Assembly: GCA_964016885.1 (NCBI GenBank)
Contig: OZ024740.1
Location: forward strand, 245,024,001 to 245,088,000
Source: Eledone cirrhosa
Lineage: Eukaryota
Reading direction: 5' to 3'
Length of the DNA stretch: 64,000 nt
The translations under genes were made by a program, and so were the position numbers. Below are positions 13,909 through 26,829 of the stretch, piece by piece (position 1 is the stretch's first letter; each line of letters opens with the position of its first letter). The notes beneath the pieces were generated by a model. That model made no database searches, was not told the origin of the DNA, and saw nothing but the letters and a program-made list of their open reading frames with translations.

Positions 13909-14879
13909 ATATTAAACTAGACATGAAAAATGCGCAAGCTCAAAAGTGCCACAGAATGTTATAATAAACCTTCAAAAGTGTGGGACTAGAGTTGTTGCTA
14001 AAAAATATTGTAATCATTATATATCGTACATTCTGTGGCATCCTTTATAAAAATAGCTTAAACCAACGAAGCCTTTATTTTTACGCTATTTCACTTAGTT
14101 AATTCTTAGAGTGTAACATATAAAAATAAATACATCTATGTTTAATGTAATAACAGCTATAAATAATTACGTAATATTATTATCATATACTCATAGTAAC
14201 AAAATAATTGTGTTGAAAATTAATATGATGCTTATATGAACGATCAAATCTATAATGATAATTTCTTAAATATACTAATAGTAAAATAATTTAGTTATCT
14301 ATTGTTACATTTTCATAGAACTATAATATTAACAATCGTATTGCATTATCAAATTTTTATCACTACAAACTTTCATATTGGAATTACCTTAAGCCACTTA
14401 TTATTACTTCGCTTTCGTACTTTTACAGCTGTAGATATTGCGCTGTATCTTATATCTAATATCAATATCTCATGGTAATTTGCATGCAGTGTAAAATAGG
14501 TTTATTAATAACTTTAATATGAAATGTATTATACAGGGCTGCGGAGTCGGCCAAAAATTGACTGGCTCCAACTCAGGATCCGATATTCCCTTATTTCCTA
14601 AATTTCAGCTCCGCAGCTCTGTTATTATATTAATTAATTTATTTTATAGTTGTAAATCATATTTTTATATGTTACACTCTAAGAATTAACTAAGTGAAAT
14701 AGCGTAAAAATAAAGGCTTCGTTGGTTTAAGCTATTTTTATAAAGGATGCCACAGAATGTACGATATATAATGATTACAATATTTTTTAGCAACAACTCT
14801 AGTCCCACACTTTTGAAGGTTTATTATAACATTCTGTGGCACTTTTGAGCTTGCGCATTTTTCATGTCTAGTTTAATAT
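13909..14879. mobile_element. Unassigned fold-back element: 220-bp inverted arms (13909-14128 and 14660-14879)
   Basis: Arms appear identical by eye; each contains an internal 13-bp IR tgccacagaatgt/acattctgtggca. Confidence 0.8.
14534..14621. mobile_element. 88-bp hAT-like MITE
   Basis: TIRs cagggctgcggag / ctccgcagctctg; near 8-bp TSD gtattata / ttattata. Confidence 0.65.
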
Positions 14880-15232
14880 ATATATAGGTATGGCCTCAGG
14901 CTCTCGGCTGGAACACGTAATAGAGTAATATATATATTATCTATATATCTAAAAGAGAGAATGTCTGTCTGATCACTAAAACTCGAGAACCACCCAACCG
15001 ATTGTCTTCAAACTTTACACGTGTAATACTTATGGTCCTGTGGGTGTTTTGCGCAAAACATTCAAATTTCCATTGCCCTACGGACCGCATTAGGCGATTT
15101 AGCGATCTCTCTCTATAACTCTTAGTCTTTCTCTTTTTAGATAGATACATAGATATAACGTCGCGCCCTTATAATATCTGTATGTTTGGCTGTCTGCATT
15201 ACGACATTATGACGTAGCTGTGTGTGTGTGTA

Positions 15233-15338
<106 letters not shown>

Positions 15339-15451
15339 TGTGTATATATATAGTGTGTGTGTGTATATATATAGTGTGTGTGTGTATATATATATATAGT
15401 GTGTAAGGTTTTTCAAAATATTTACTTCTGCGTTCACAGATTGATTGTTTT

Positions 15452-15502
15452 AGTTTCAGAAGATCCCGTTAAGGGTGAAAGCAACGATTCTTTGCTTAAA
15501 CT
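15452..15502 (+). ncRNA. HHR-like motif, family A copy (CAGAAGA core)
   Basis: Same parse as 1416-1466. Confidence 0.6.
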
Positions 15503-15759
15503 TTAATCTGTTATTTTAATATATATATATAATTATATATTCGAGTACAGATATTTTTGCATACACAATAACAAAATATAAACAAACGTATTTATTTCAC
15601 GGGGCTCGCTAAGGATAAATATATATCATTTTGCATACACAATAACAAAATATAAACAAAAGTATTTATTTCGCGATAAAGTATTGATTTTCTTCGCACG
15701 GAAAAAACCCTTGGTAATCTACGACGAATTTTTTTATAAGCACAAAATGTAGACACCAT

Positions 15760-15985
15760 CCCGAGGCCGAGGTATTCCGTATTTCTCTGTACTGTTGTAT
15801 ACCATTTTTTGTTTGTTTACTTGTCTCGCTCGCTTTACGCGATATTACTTGTCCCAATAGCCCAACTGGAGGTATATGATTTTCAAAGCGATGAAATACC
15901 GATGATAGTTGAAAAATTACTGATGAAAGACTAATTTTTTTCATATGTAACCCATGTGCAACCACGCAGCACTCAATTCTTCTCA
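15760..15985 (+). repeat. Family P copy
   Basis: Homologous to 1770-1968; ends in (TA)n. Confidence 0.75.
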
Positions 15986-15997
15986 TATATATATATA

Positions 15998-16378
15998 TTT
16001 TGAGTTTATGTTGGTTGTATACCAACACCTCAGTATGCAGGCTGGAGCACTCGACGAAGTGCGCAGGTTGGTTTGGTTACTCCGGAGTAGTGTAAAATAA
16101 AGTTAAATAAAAGTCAAATGATTAAAATTTAGCTTCGTTTATTACTGCTATATATATTTCAGTGACAGCCATCTTTGGCTGTGACCTCTTCAGGCAGTTT
16201 GAATTAGTGTGGTATAGACAAGTACATATGTTGTTTAGGTGTATAATATTGTCAATACTCTGAGTTCCTCAGTTCCTCAGTGAATTAACAACCCAACAAG
16301 GAACTGGGCATATCAGAGTATTGACAATACTATACACCTAAACAACATATGTACTTGTCTATTTATTTAACTTTATTT

Positions 16379-16382
<4 letters not shown>
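15998..16382. mobile_element. Fold-back mini-element family C (internally deleted copy) with HHR on minus at 16144-16198
   Basis: 15998-16260 nearly identical to 46412-46676; inverted arms ~16216-16263 and ~16313-16361. Confidence 0.85.
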
Positions 16383-16455
<73 letters not shown>

Positions 16456-16673
16456 TATATTCGTGTACAGATATTTTTGCACACACAATAACAAAATATA
16501 AACAAACGTATTTATTTCACGAAGCTCGATAAGGATAAATATATATTAAATATATAAGAACCCTACAGCAAATCCCGAGCAACGCCGGGCCATTCTGTTA
16601 GTATATTACTAAAATACTATATATTATTAAAAGATTGGAGGCCATAATCAGTTGATTCAGGTTTATTTAAACT

Positions 16674-16731
16674 CCGTTATACATATTTCACTGGGAACTG
16701 TCAGTTATGGTAGCCTGAGCTCTTCAGACGG
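16674..16731 (-). ncRNA. Type-I minimal hammerhead ribozyme
   Basis: ccgt-CTGAAGA-gct...agt-GAAA-tatgta-TA-acgg on the minus strand. Confidence 0.7.
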
Positions 16732-17234
16732 CAAAACCTACAAAAAAATTCTTTAAATATTAAAAAACATTTTTTTTTAGATACAGGGAGACAACTGAAT
16801 GCGTGGTGTTGTCTCTTTGACGGTCAGCCCTGTGTGGCCTTCGACGGTCAGCCCTGTGTGGCCTTAAGAATTATGGCGGAATTGCTGATCAGTGCCAGTC
16901 TCGCGTCACTATTGCCATAGCAGCCAGTTCCTCTACTCCCTGGCAGTCAGTAGTTGTTATAGTAGTAGTGACAGCCTTCTCTTCCCCCCCCCCCCCCCCC
17001 AACCCCCACTTTATCCGCAGATCTGCAACAACTGTGAATATCATAACCGATACCAAAAATTCCATCAAGTGTTGTCCGAGTCAGGGGATGTTTTTACCCT
17101 AAGTGATCCGCTGGTTTATAGGCACGGGTCATCTGGTCAGCTCTGGTAATCAAATTAAAGTGAATGTTTAAGTCCAGTCCGTTGCTACGTGTCATGTGAT
17201 TCTGGCAGAGCATATGAATCCATCGCGAAGCGCT

Positions 17235-17990
17235 TAATAGGAGCATTTAATTAGTTCTATATATATTGTATAATAGGATCATTTAATTAGTTCTATATAT
17301 ATTGTATAATAGGAGCATTTAATTAGTTCTATATATATTGTATAATAGGAGCATTTAATTAGTTCTATATATATTGTATAATAGGATCATTTAATTAGTT
17401 CTATATATATTGTATAATAGGAGCATTTAATTAGTTCTATATATATTGTATAATAGGATCATTTAATTAGTTCTATATATATTGTATAATAGGAGCATTT
17501 AATTAGTTCTATATATATTGTATAATAGGAGCATTTAATTAGTTCTATATATATTGTATAATAGGATCATTTAATTAGTTCTATATATATTGTATAATAG
17601 GAGCATTTAATTAGTTCTATATATATTGTATAATAGGATCATTTAATTAGTTCTATATATATTGTATAATAGGAGCATTTAATTAGTTCTATATATATTG
17701 TATAATAGGAGCATTTAATTAGTTCTATATATATTGTATAATAGGATCATTTAATTAGTTCTATATATATTGTATAATAGGAGCATTTAATTAGTTCTAT
17801 ATATATTGTATAATAGGAGCATTTAATTAGTTCTATATATATTGTATAATAGGAGCATTTAATTAGTTCTATATATATTGTATAATAGGAGCATTTAATT
17901 AGTTCTATATATATTGTATAATAGGAGCATTTAATTAGTTCTATATATAGTGTATAATAGGAGCATTTAATTAGTTCTATATATATTGTA
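17235..17990. repeat. Minisatellite, 21 x 36 bp, with 180-bp higher-order pattern
   Basis: Unit taatagga(g/t)catttaattagttctatatatattgta; variant order GTGGT x3 then G x6. Confidence 0.95.
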
Positions 17991-18150
17991 TATATATATA
18001 TGTATATATGGAACTGTCTGATAGAATGTCCTCATGGTGATTTCATATGAATGAAACCATTATAGTCCTATAGACGAATATACTCTATCTATGTATTGAG
18101 TACCTTTTGTAACTGCGGTTGCCCCCCGACACAACTCGGAAATCTCTCTC

Positions 18151-18245
<95 letters not shown>

Positions 18246-18371
18246 TAAGAATAATGAGTTCTAAACTCAAGCAGTCCTTTACAATGAAATAGCTCAAAGA
18301 AAGAAGTATTTGTGTTTTATCATATATATTAATTTATATTAACTTGTATATATATATATATATATATATAT

Positions 18372-20997
18372 TTGTCTCAGACTGCTTTGAATGTGAGGAC
18401 TATTCGGACGCTGGAGAAGAGAGAGGAGTTGGGACATCTGTTCGAGGAGAGTGCTATACAGATACTTGCGATCCAAGAACACAGGATCCTACACGATGAG
18501 CCCGTGAGGAGTGTGATGATTGGGAAGAGGAGCCAGCTCATCATCACATCGGCAGTGAAGAACATGACCAATGCTGCAGTGGGAGGAGTGGGTTTTGTTT
18601 TCAGCACAAAAACCAATCTATTGGTGAAGGAAATAATGCCTGTCTCCCCGCGAGTGTTGAGGGTGACCGTCAATAGAAACCCAAGACTGACAGTCATCTC
18701 AGCCTATAGTCTAACCGAGGGAGACAGTGAGGAAAAAGTGGCGGAATAGTGTTCTGAACACAGAACAATACAACTATTTCAGTACACTGGGTAGTGACCA
18801 CCGGCTTGTTATGAGTGAGGTCCGGGTGAGTTTAAGAAAGAGCAAGGCTCATCCCCGGAGAGCAATCGATGATTGGGGAGCTTTCAAGGAATATGATTAG
18901 CTACAGGAGAGGTTCACAGTGGAAGTGAGGAACAGGTTCAGTGTTCTGTGTGGAGAGACAGAGGAGAGAGAGATTGGATGGACTGGGGAGAGTGTGACGA
19001 GGAGGTACGGGCACTTCACCAATGCAGTGGCGGAAGCAAGTGAAACCCTGGTGCCGGGGAAAAAGAACAAAAAGAAGCACGTCAGCTCTGCAAACCCAAA
19101 TGTGTGTGCAGCCAGAGAACACCTGAAAGCTGCCAAGGACCAATTCTATGCTGATCCTACGGAGGAGAAGATTGAGACTGTGGAGGTGATGAGGGAAGAG
19201 TTCTGTACCGCTTACACTGAGACCAGAGAGGAGGCACTGATAGAGAAGACCAGAAGTGTGGAGAGAGCGGTTGACAGGTTTGGGTGTAAGGTGAGCTGGA
19301 TGATCATCAACGAGATCACAGGGAGGAAGAGAAGCTGTTCGAGTCAGATCCAGGGAACGGGGTCCGAGGATAGGAGGAGGAAATGGCTAGACCATTTTAG
19401 GACCCTACTGGGAGCGCCACCCTACACAGCCCAGAGCACTGGAGAGTCAGGCGGCTGTCTGAGGAACTGGGTATTGAGACAGAGCCCTTCACCAGAGAGG
19501 AGCTTCAGAGAGCCAAGAAGAGGATCAAGGAGGGCAAGGCTCATGGAGAAGATGGAGTGGCATCAGAGGTGATGAAGAGGTGTGATTTTGATGATATCAT
19601 CCTGGGGTTCTGTAACGGGGCACTGGAGAAAGGAGTTGCTCCGAATCAGTGGAGGATCAGTAACATCGTCCCAGTGCCAAAGAAGGGAGATCTCTCTAAC
19701 ACCAACAACTACAGGGGGATCTCACTGACGTCACTTGTGGCAAAGACCCTCAACGGGATGTTTCTTAACAGGATCCAGCCTGAGATGGAAAAGAAGCTCA
19801 GGGACAACCAGAACGGCTTCAGAGAGGGAAGATCAACCACCAGTCACATCCTGATGCTGAGGAGGATATTAGAGGGAGCTAGAGCAAAGTGCCCTCCTGC
19901 AGTCATGGTTTTCATTGACTTTAGGAAGTCCTTTGATTCTTTGGACCGTCACTGCCTGATGAAGATCTTACAGGCTTATGGAATCCCCAAGAAGATAGTG
20001 GACCTGATATTACTGCTCTACACCAACACCAAAGCCCGTCATTACACCTGATGGGATGACAGAGTTCTTTGAGATACTGGCTGGAGTGCTCCAGGGAGAT
20101 ACATTGGCTCCCTACCTTTTTATCATCGTAGTGGACTATTGTATGCGCCTTGCACTGGAGAAACACCAGGACTCTGGCTTTACTGTAGCACCGGCTCAGA
20201 GCAGGAGAGTTAAGGCGAAAAAGGTATCAGATGCTGAATTTGCCGACGACATAGTTTTGGTGACAAATACAGTGAAGAAGACAGATGATTTGATGCAGGA
20301 GGTTGAGACTGTGTCGATGAGTGTGGGGCTGAGAATGAATGAGACTAAAACAAAATATCTGGGAGAGAATGTTGAGAAGCCAGAGGGGATCACTAATGTA
20401 GGCGGGAAGCCGCTGGAATTGGTTGAGGACTTCCTGTATTTGGGAGCAAAGATTGGGAATGCGGAAGATGATGTGGTTGAGAGGAAGAACAAAGCCTGGG
20501 CGGCGTGCCACAGCTTGAGATCGGTGTGGAAGTCGGACCTTCGTAAAGACCTGAAAATCCGCCTCTTCATTGCTGTAGTGGAGTCTGTGCTGCTGTACGG
20601 GTCTGAGACTTGGACACTGACCAAGAAACTCACTCAGATGGTGGATGGGTGCTACACGAGAATGCTGAGGATGGCTCTGAACATTAATCAGTATACACTG
20701 AGGATGAAAAACTCAGAGCTGTATGGGAGCCGCCCAAAAGTCAGCTCAAAAGTGACACGGAGGAGACTGCGGTTAGCTGGACATGCTCACCGACATCCAG
20801 AGTTGACATTGCACTCAGTGCTCCTGTGGGAGCCCCTACATGGACACACTGGAAGAGGAAAACCAAGGTTAACGTATGTTGATGCCCTAAGGACAGACAC
20901 TGATCTGTTGGAGACGCAGGACATGGCAGCGATAATCAGGGACAGAGACCGCTGGAGAGAACTCGTCCATGGATCTCGGGAATTTTACCCGCTCTAG
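18372..20997 (+). mobile_element. RTE-clade LINE, degraded (APE fragment plus RT), flanked by (TA)n
   Basis: LNVRT..ILAIQEHR (APE); PVPKKGD..NYRGISL, QNGFREGRST, FIDFRKSFDS, GVLQGDTLAPYLF, EFADDI (RT); internal deletion and frameshifts. Confidence 0.92.
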
Positions 20998-21082
20998 ATA
21001 TATATATATAGTTTTAATACTCTGTTATGTATTGAGTACCTTACTTACTATGGTTACCTCCGATTCAACCCGGAATAACTTA

Positions 21083-21154
<72 letters not shown>

Positions 21155-21158
<4 letters not shown>

Positions 21159-21970
21159 GTATGATACATTTTATTACTAATTATATCTAAATGTTCCTTC
21201 TCTCTTCATAATGTATTTTTAACTCTGATACTGGTTCAGTCTGGTTCAACCGGATTGGTCTGTCCCAGTCATTCATTGAGCAACATCGGTAGGGTTGGCA
21301 CCATTGACTCACGATGGATGTGGATGCATTCATGTATATGTGTGTGTCCGCATGTATCTGTGTGTTTCTAAATATATTGTTCATAACTCCCTCTGGTCGA
21401 GTAATCTTTGAAGTGTAGTGACTGCTGGAAAGCTGCCATTACTCATACTTCTCGCCTCCTTTACCACCTCTTCTACGGCTTCGATATAAATACCCCCTCC
21501 GCCTCCGTGGTATTTTCTTCGAGGTTATAAGAGGCTTAGCTCTGTTTCTCGACCGTTATATCGCGTGACTATCTCCCCCTCCGCCTTTTGGGATTCTTTC
21601 TCACGTCGTGTAGACGCGTTCTTGAAGCTATAAAATGAGGTATCCTCTTGATAAGTCGGCAGACCTCGCAAGGGCTCTATATCTTTATGATATACTGTTT
21701 TTGTTTATGCCACGAAACTACGTAGTCGAGGAATCTAGGAGCAGTTTAGGTATGATACATTTTATTACTAATTATATCTAAATGTTCCTTCTCTCTTCAT
21801 AATGTATTTTTAACTCTGATACTGGTTCAGTCTGGTTCAACCGGATTGGTCTGTCCCGGTCATTCATTGAGCAACATCGGTAGGGTTGGCACCATTGACT
21901 CACGTTTGGATGTGGATGCATTCATGTATATGTGTGTGTCCGCATGTATCTGTGTGTTTCTAAATATATT
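21155..21970 (+). mobile_element. Non-coding element with ~225-bp terminal direct repeats (21155-21378 and 21746-21970) and an HHR; retrozyme/pLTR-like
   Basis: Near-identical direct repeats, 591-bp period, (TA)n both sides, no TG..CA ends or PBS. Confidence 0.8.
21643..21732 (+). ncRNA. Type-I hammerhead ribozyme with U3-A8 core
   Basis: tcctc-TTGATAA-gt(c)ggca..46 nt..tgccac-GAAA-ctacgtag-TC-gagga. Confidence 0.7.
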
Positions 21971-22264
21971 ATATATATATATATATATATGACTATCCGG
22001 AGCTTCCAACAGAAATGGTCGCATTCTTTAAGGGTATGTCAATATTTATTTATAAAACTGATCTATATTATATTTTATGTGATGAAAGCACACCATAATT
22101 TAACTTGGTGTCCTTGAAATATGTATAATGAAATAAATATCGTTTTATAAATATAGTTTCCATCCATTTGTTAATATATCGTATTTTTACTCCAATAATT
22201 TGTTGAGTGCTTTATATCAGTTATAAAAATATTTGCTTGTTGTATCCCAACAATTTAAATAGAA

Positions 22265-22310
<46 letters not shown>

Positions 22311-22455
22311 TAGGTGTACGAGATATCGTTTTCAGTTTCTCAACAAGAAGTTTTCAAGACAAAAAAAACAACTGATATACGGTAATGAAACCTATGCAAA
22401 TGGTAGAAATAAATCCTACTGTATTGCTTATCTGTGTAAATCTTGATTTATTTAT

Positions 22456-22514
<59 letters not shown>

Positions 22515-25500
22515 TTTTTCTTTATTAGCCACAGGGGCACAAAAGAAGGGGACAAATACAAAGGGGGAAGTTTACATACAATAAAAACGTGTAAAATATT
22601 ATCACAAATGCAATTTAAAAATTAGTCGATTTTCCCCAATAGGGGGAGACATTACATATGGGTAACACATACCTCCGAAAAAAATGTGCAACCCTCATCT
22701 CCAGGAGTACGAAGAGTTTGTACTCCTTTCCTCTCCTCCTCCTTTTCCTCAACCTACAGGCTGATATAGAAAGAAGGCCCATTCACTCGGGCCATTCTCG
22801 CCACTTTCACCCACCTTTCATAAAACTTGCTGGGGTACAGCACCTCTCTCTCCATCCTGATTATTCTTCCAAAGTGGTATTTGAAAAAAAGAATCAGTTG
22901 TTGGCCGGAGCGTAAGGTGTCTGACCTCAGCCCTTTCAACCTTGTCCACCATACAACCTCTTTCGCCATAGCTATCACACAAAGGAAAACCGCCTCTCCT
23001 TCGTTTTTGAAGGAGGGTGGTGGTTTGATCGTGACAATGGACTCGGTGGTCAACCGGATCGGTCCCACTCGCGACAATAGTCGTTCTACATAGCCCCACA
23101 GGTCGGTGACGCCCGGGCAGTGTATGGATGCGTGCGCGAGGGTTTCTTCGTCTCGCACGCACCTCGGACAGATCTTTTTTGCAGGGTCCCTGCCCGGGCG
23201 CCCATGTCTGTAGAGCTTGTCTCGAACTGGTAGAGCTCCTCGGTAGCACGGCCAGGGACTTTTGGAAGTTGTCCATCGGTCCCGGTCGGAAGGTCCTACC
23301 GAACAAACTGGCCAGTTCGTCTTCCTCTACACCTAGAGTTTCACCGAGCGCGTCGTCGCGCTTGCTGCGGACCAACCCTCTATAGAATGACGAAGTGGAG
23401 TCTCCACTGATCACCGGGTCCGCCTGCCAGAGGGCTGTGAGCGCCTGAGCACATTCGATGTGCCAGTCGCCCATTTTCCTCGGTCTTTGCTTGACCCAGG
23501 ACTGCAGCTCGGTCAGCGAGACGAGTCGTGGGAAGGCTCGCCTACGTATTCCTCACCGGTTGTCCGGTGAGGAATACGTAGAGATGCCGCAGCCTGAGCG
23601 CATGTTTGCGCATCGTCAGCCACGGCATCCCCAGCCCTCTGTTGTAAGGGTGTTGGCAGCAGATGGATCTTCTCATCAAAGGAGCCTGCCTCTTCCAAAG
23701 GAATTGGAAGAGCGCGCGCTCCATTTTGGCGAGCGTTTTGGCTGGACAAGGCACGACGGTCAAGCGGTAGTAGATGGCGGACGCTATAAAAGTGTTCGCC
23801 ACCTCCGCTCGCACCTTTCAAGGATAGTTTGCACTCGGCCCACTCCTGGGTGAGTGCAAACACCTTGGCCGACACCTCGTTCCAGTTTTCTCCACCTGGA
23901 GGTCCGGACCAAACCAGACCCTGAGCAGCTTTACCGGTCCTTCCGTCCAGCGTCCGACGACGCCATCGAAAGACATCGGTTTGCCTCTCCACGATCCGAG
24001 TTGCAAACCGATGGACTTGACCCGGTTCAGCTTCGCTCCTGTGAACCTTTCGTATTCCTTCAGTAAGGTGCCGACTTCCTCGATTTGCGAGGCGCTCGAC
24101 ACCATTACTGTCACGTCGTCGGCGTAGGCCGACGCCGTTTTCCACAGTCCCAGTTCCAGAGGGATGCCCTGCAATAGCTCCAACTTCCGCAGTAGTGGCT
24201 CGGGAGTCAGTACGTACAGAAGGGAGGAGAGAGGTCATCCCTGTCGAATGGATCGCGTGATTTGGAACGGCTCCGAGAGGTAGCCGTTCACATTGACTCT
24301 TGAGCAGATGTTGCTGTTGTGCATTGCAGTAATCCAGCCCCTGAACACGGGTCCGAATCCTGCCGCCTCGAGCACAGCATCCAGGTAACGATGGTCAACC
24401 CTATTGAAAGCCTTAGACTGATCCAAGTTGATCAGGGCTCCACCGAAGCTGGGTTTACACCCTACCCTCTCTATGCTGTATCGCATGAGGTGGAGGTTGT
24501 CGTGTATGGACCTGGTCGGGATTGCGCATGTCTGCGCTTCTCCCACCAGGTTCTTGACGACAAGCGCCAGCCTCTTTGCCAACACCTTGGCCAAAATCTG
24601 TAACTCTGTGTTTAGCAGAGTTATGGTCCGGAAGTTGCCTATGTCATCCCCCTTATTCTCGTCCTTCCTGACTAGTGTGACTACGCCCCCCGGTCACAGA
24701 ACTGGGAATTCTCCCGTTCTGTTGCCAGTTGCAGTAGACCGCTTCCAGGAGACCGGAGAATAAGTCCGGCATTGCTACGTAAAATTCGTAGGGTAGACCG
24801 TCGAGACCTGGAGATTTGCGTTTGCCGCATTGGCTCAGCGCGCCCCCTATCTCAGCGGCTGAGATCGGCCTTTCACATAACTTTGCCTCGCCGTCGGAGA
24901 GTCACGGTAGGCCGTCAAGGTATGGACCGAAATCCATAGCCCCTCCCGGCGCGCCGCCCTGCCCGAACAGCTTAACAAAGTGCCGCTGAGATCGGCCTTT
25001 CACAGAACTTAATTCGCTGTCGGAGAGTCACGGTAGGCCGTCAAGGTATGGACCGAAATCCATAGCCCCTCCCGGCGCGCCGCCCTGCCCGAACAGCTGA
25101 GCAAAGTGCCGCTGAAAGGCCGCACACATCTGCTTCGGCTCACGTATCACGCGTCCGTTTTGGTCCTTCAAAGACCGAATCGTGGACTTGTTGCCACTTT
25201 TTGCCTCCGTCACTCGGGCCCAGCTAACAGCTTTGGCTCCCTCGTTTCCCAGAGGACGTATTTTGCTTCTGACAACGCAGCCCTCGTGTTTTGCGTCGAA
25301 GAACTGGTCCAAGGCCGTTCTCGTTGCTAGCACGCTGGCTACGTTGCCACTTCTAATTGCCTCTTCTACTTTATCTACCAGTTCCTTCTCGGTTCTATTT
25401 CTATCTAACGCTAATTCTTTACTAAAAACTAACGAGTCTAATCTAACTGCCCTCTTGAGAGAGTACCACCATCTGTTGTTGACAATGGCCCCTGTCAAGT

Positions 25501-26458
25501 GCTGTTTAACTAAAGTGCTAATCCGTCTACTGTAGGCTTTGCATGTCGGTAACGACAAGTTCAGCTTCCAGTAGCCGGGTCCTTGTCTATGGGTTATATC
25601 AAGGTTGACCATGCAGGTCACTAGTTTGTGATCTGAATAGGCAACCATGAACATTTGTGGACAGATTAACATGTCCCTATCCTTATTTTAACTAGAACCC
25701 TATCTAGGTACGATCTAGATGTTCCGCTACGATTAGTCCACGTCCACAGTGGCACAGTCAGAAAATCTAGTCGATATCTATCAGCCAGGTCAAATCGGCT
25801 GATTAACTGTTTGAGGCTGTTACACCCCCTTTATCGGGACATGCTCCCACATAGTCCCAACGCGCATCTAGGAATCCATTCCAGTCCCCCACTAAAAGCA
25901 AGGAGCGGGACGTTCTCAGAAAAGTCACTAGACGTTTGAAGAAGTCTGGCCGCGGTGTCCAGGATGGTGCATATGCGGCCACCAGCCTGAAGGCTCCACC
26001 TTCATTACCGTCAACGTCTAGGACCACCAGTCGACCCTCTGAGTCCAGATGTACCGTCTGTGTTACGAGGCCCAGGTGTTTCCGCAGCAAAACGGCATCC
26101 CGCCCCCACCCCCCGGCCGACAGGGAGATGCGTAGATCTCAAAGTCATCGAAGATGGGGCCCAGTTATCGCTCGCTGTGGATCCTGGACTCGCAAATGGC
26201 TACTACATCCATACTGTGCGACCTGAGGTCGTTTAAGAGTTTGCCCTGTTTCCAGGGCATCCCCAGGCCGCATACATTCACACATCCAACTCTTATATTG
26301 GCCATGTTGGTTCTGAAAAGTTAAAAGAGGAGAAGAAAACACTCACCTCTTCGTCTCCCGGGGATTAGGCCGCACGGTTTCCACGAGGGTGTTAGAGGGG
26401 TTGTCTGGGTGGGTGGTGGTTTCCGGCGGGGTGGGGACGGAGATGTTTGGTGGCGTGG
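22515..26458 (-). mobile_element. Tx1/L1-clade LINE, 5'-truncated, inserted in (GATA)n
   Basis: APE and RT fragments; aataaagaaaaa at the 3' end; (GATA)n at ~22459-22514 and 26459-26474; 127-bp internal tandem duplication ~24858-25115. Confidence 0.92.
22754..26305 (-). pseudogene. Tx1 ORF2 (APE endonuclease, RT, CCHC), frameshifted
   Basis: MANIRVGCVNVCGL start; GRLVVLD, LVGDWN, YSDHKLV, GPGYWKLN, LDQSKAFNRVDH, SIRQG, AYADDV, ETLAHASIHCP. Confidence 0.9.
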
Positions 26459-26829
26459 GATAGATAGATAGATAAAGATTTACATAGATAAGGAAAACAC
26501 AAAAGCAAAACTGACTCTAAAATATATTTTCGTGCTATTTCCAACTTCACCTTTTCTCTCTCTGTATGCATAACAACCGATGACTTAAGAATGCAGTGGG
26601 AAAGTCTAAAATATGAAATGAGGTCACTACAATGCTGAAATTAGCATAATAATAGTCGATCACTCTCAATAGAAGTTGAGAAAATCGGGTGAAATACTCT
26701 GGACATGGATAAAAGTGACAGGGACGCCTCTATCCGCTTTTTTTCTTTGACCAGCTTTATTTTACCTGATTTCCTCAACTTTTTTTCATTGTAATCGATT
26801 ATTATTATGGCTTGCGTTGGGATGACATT

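Noticed and set aside
15900-15926. SECIS element (ATGA..AAA..TGA) in family P
   Set aside because: Helix between the motifs is only ~5 bp, far shorter than SECIS helix II; the premature stop in the family A ORF is TAA, not TGA
17235-17990. CRISPR array (36-bp period)
   Set aside because: Units are contiguous with no unique spacers, there are no cas genes, and the context is eukaryotic
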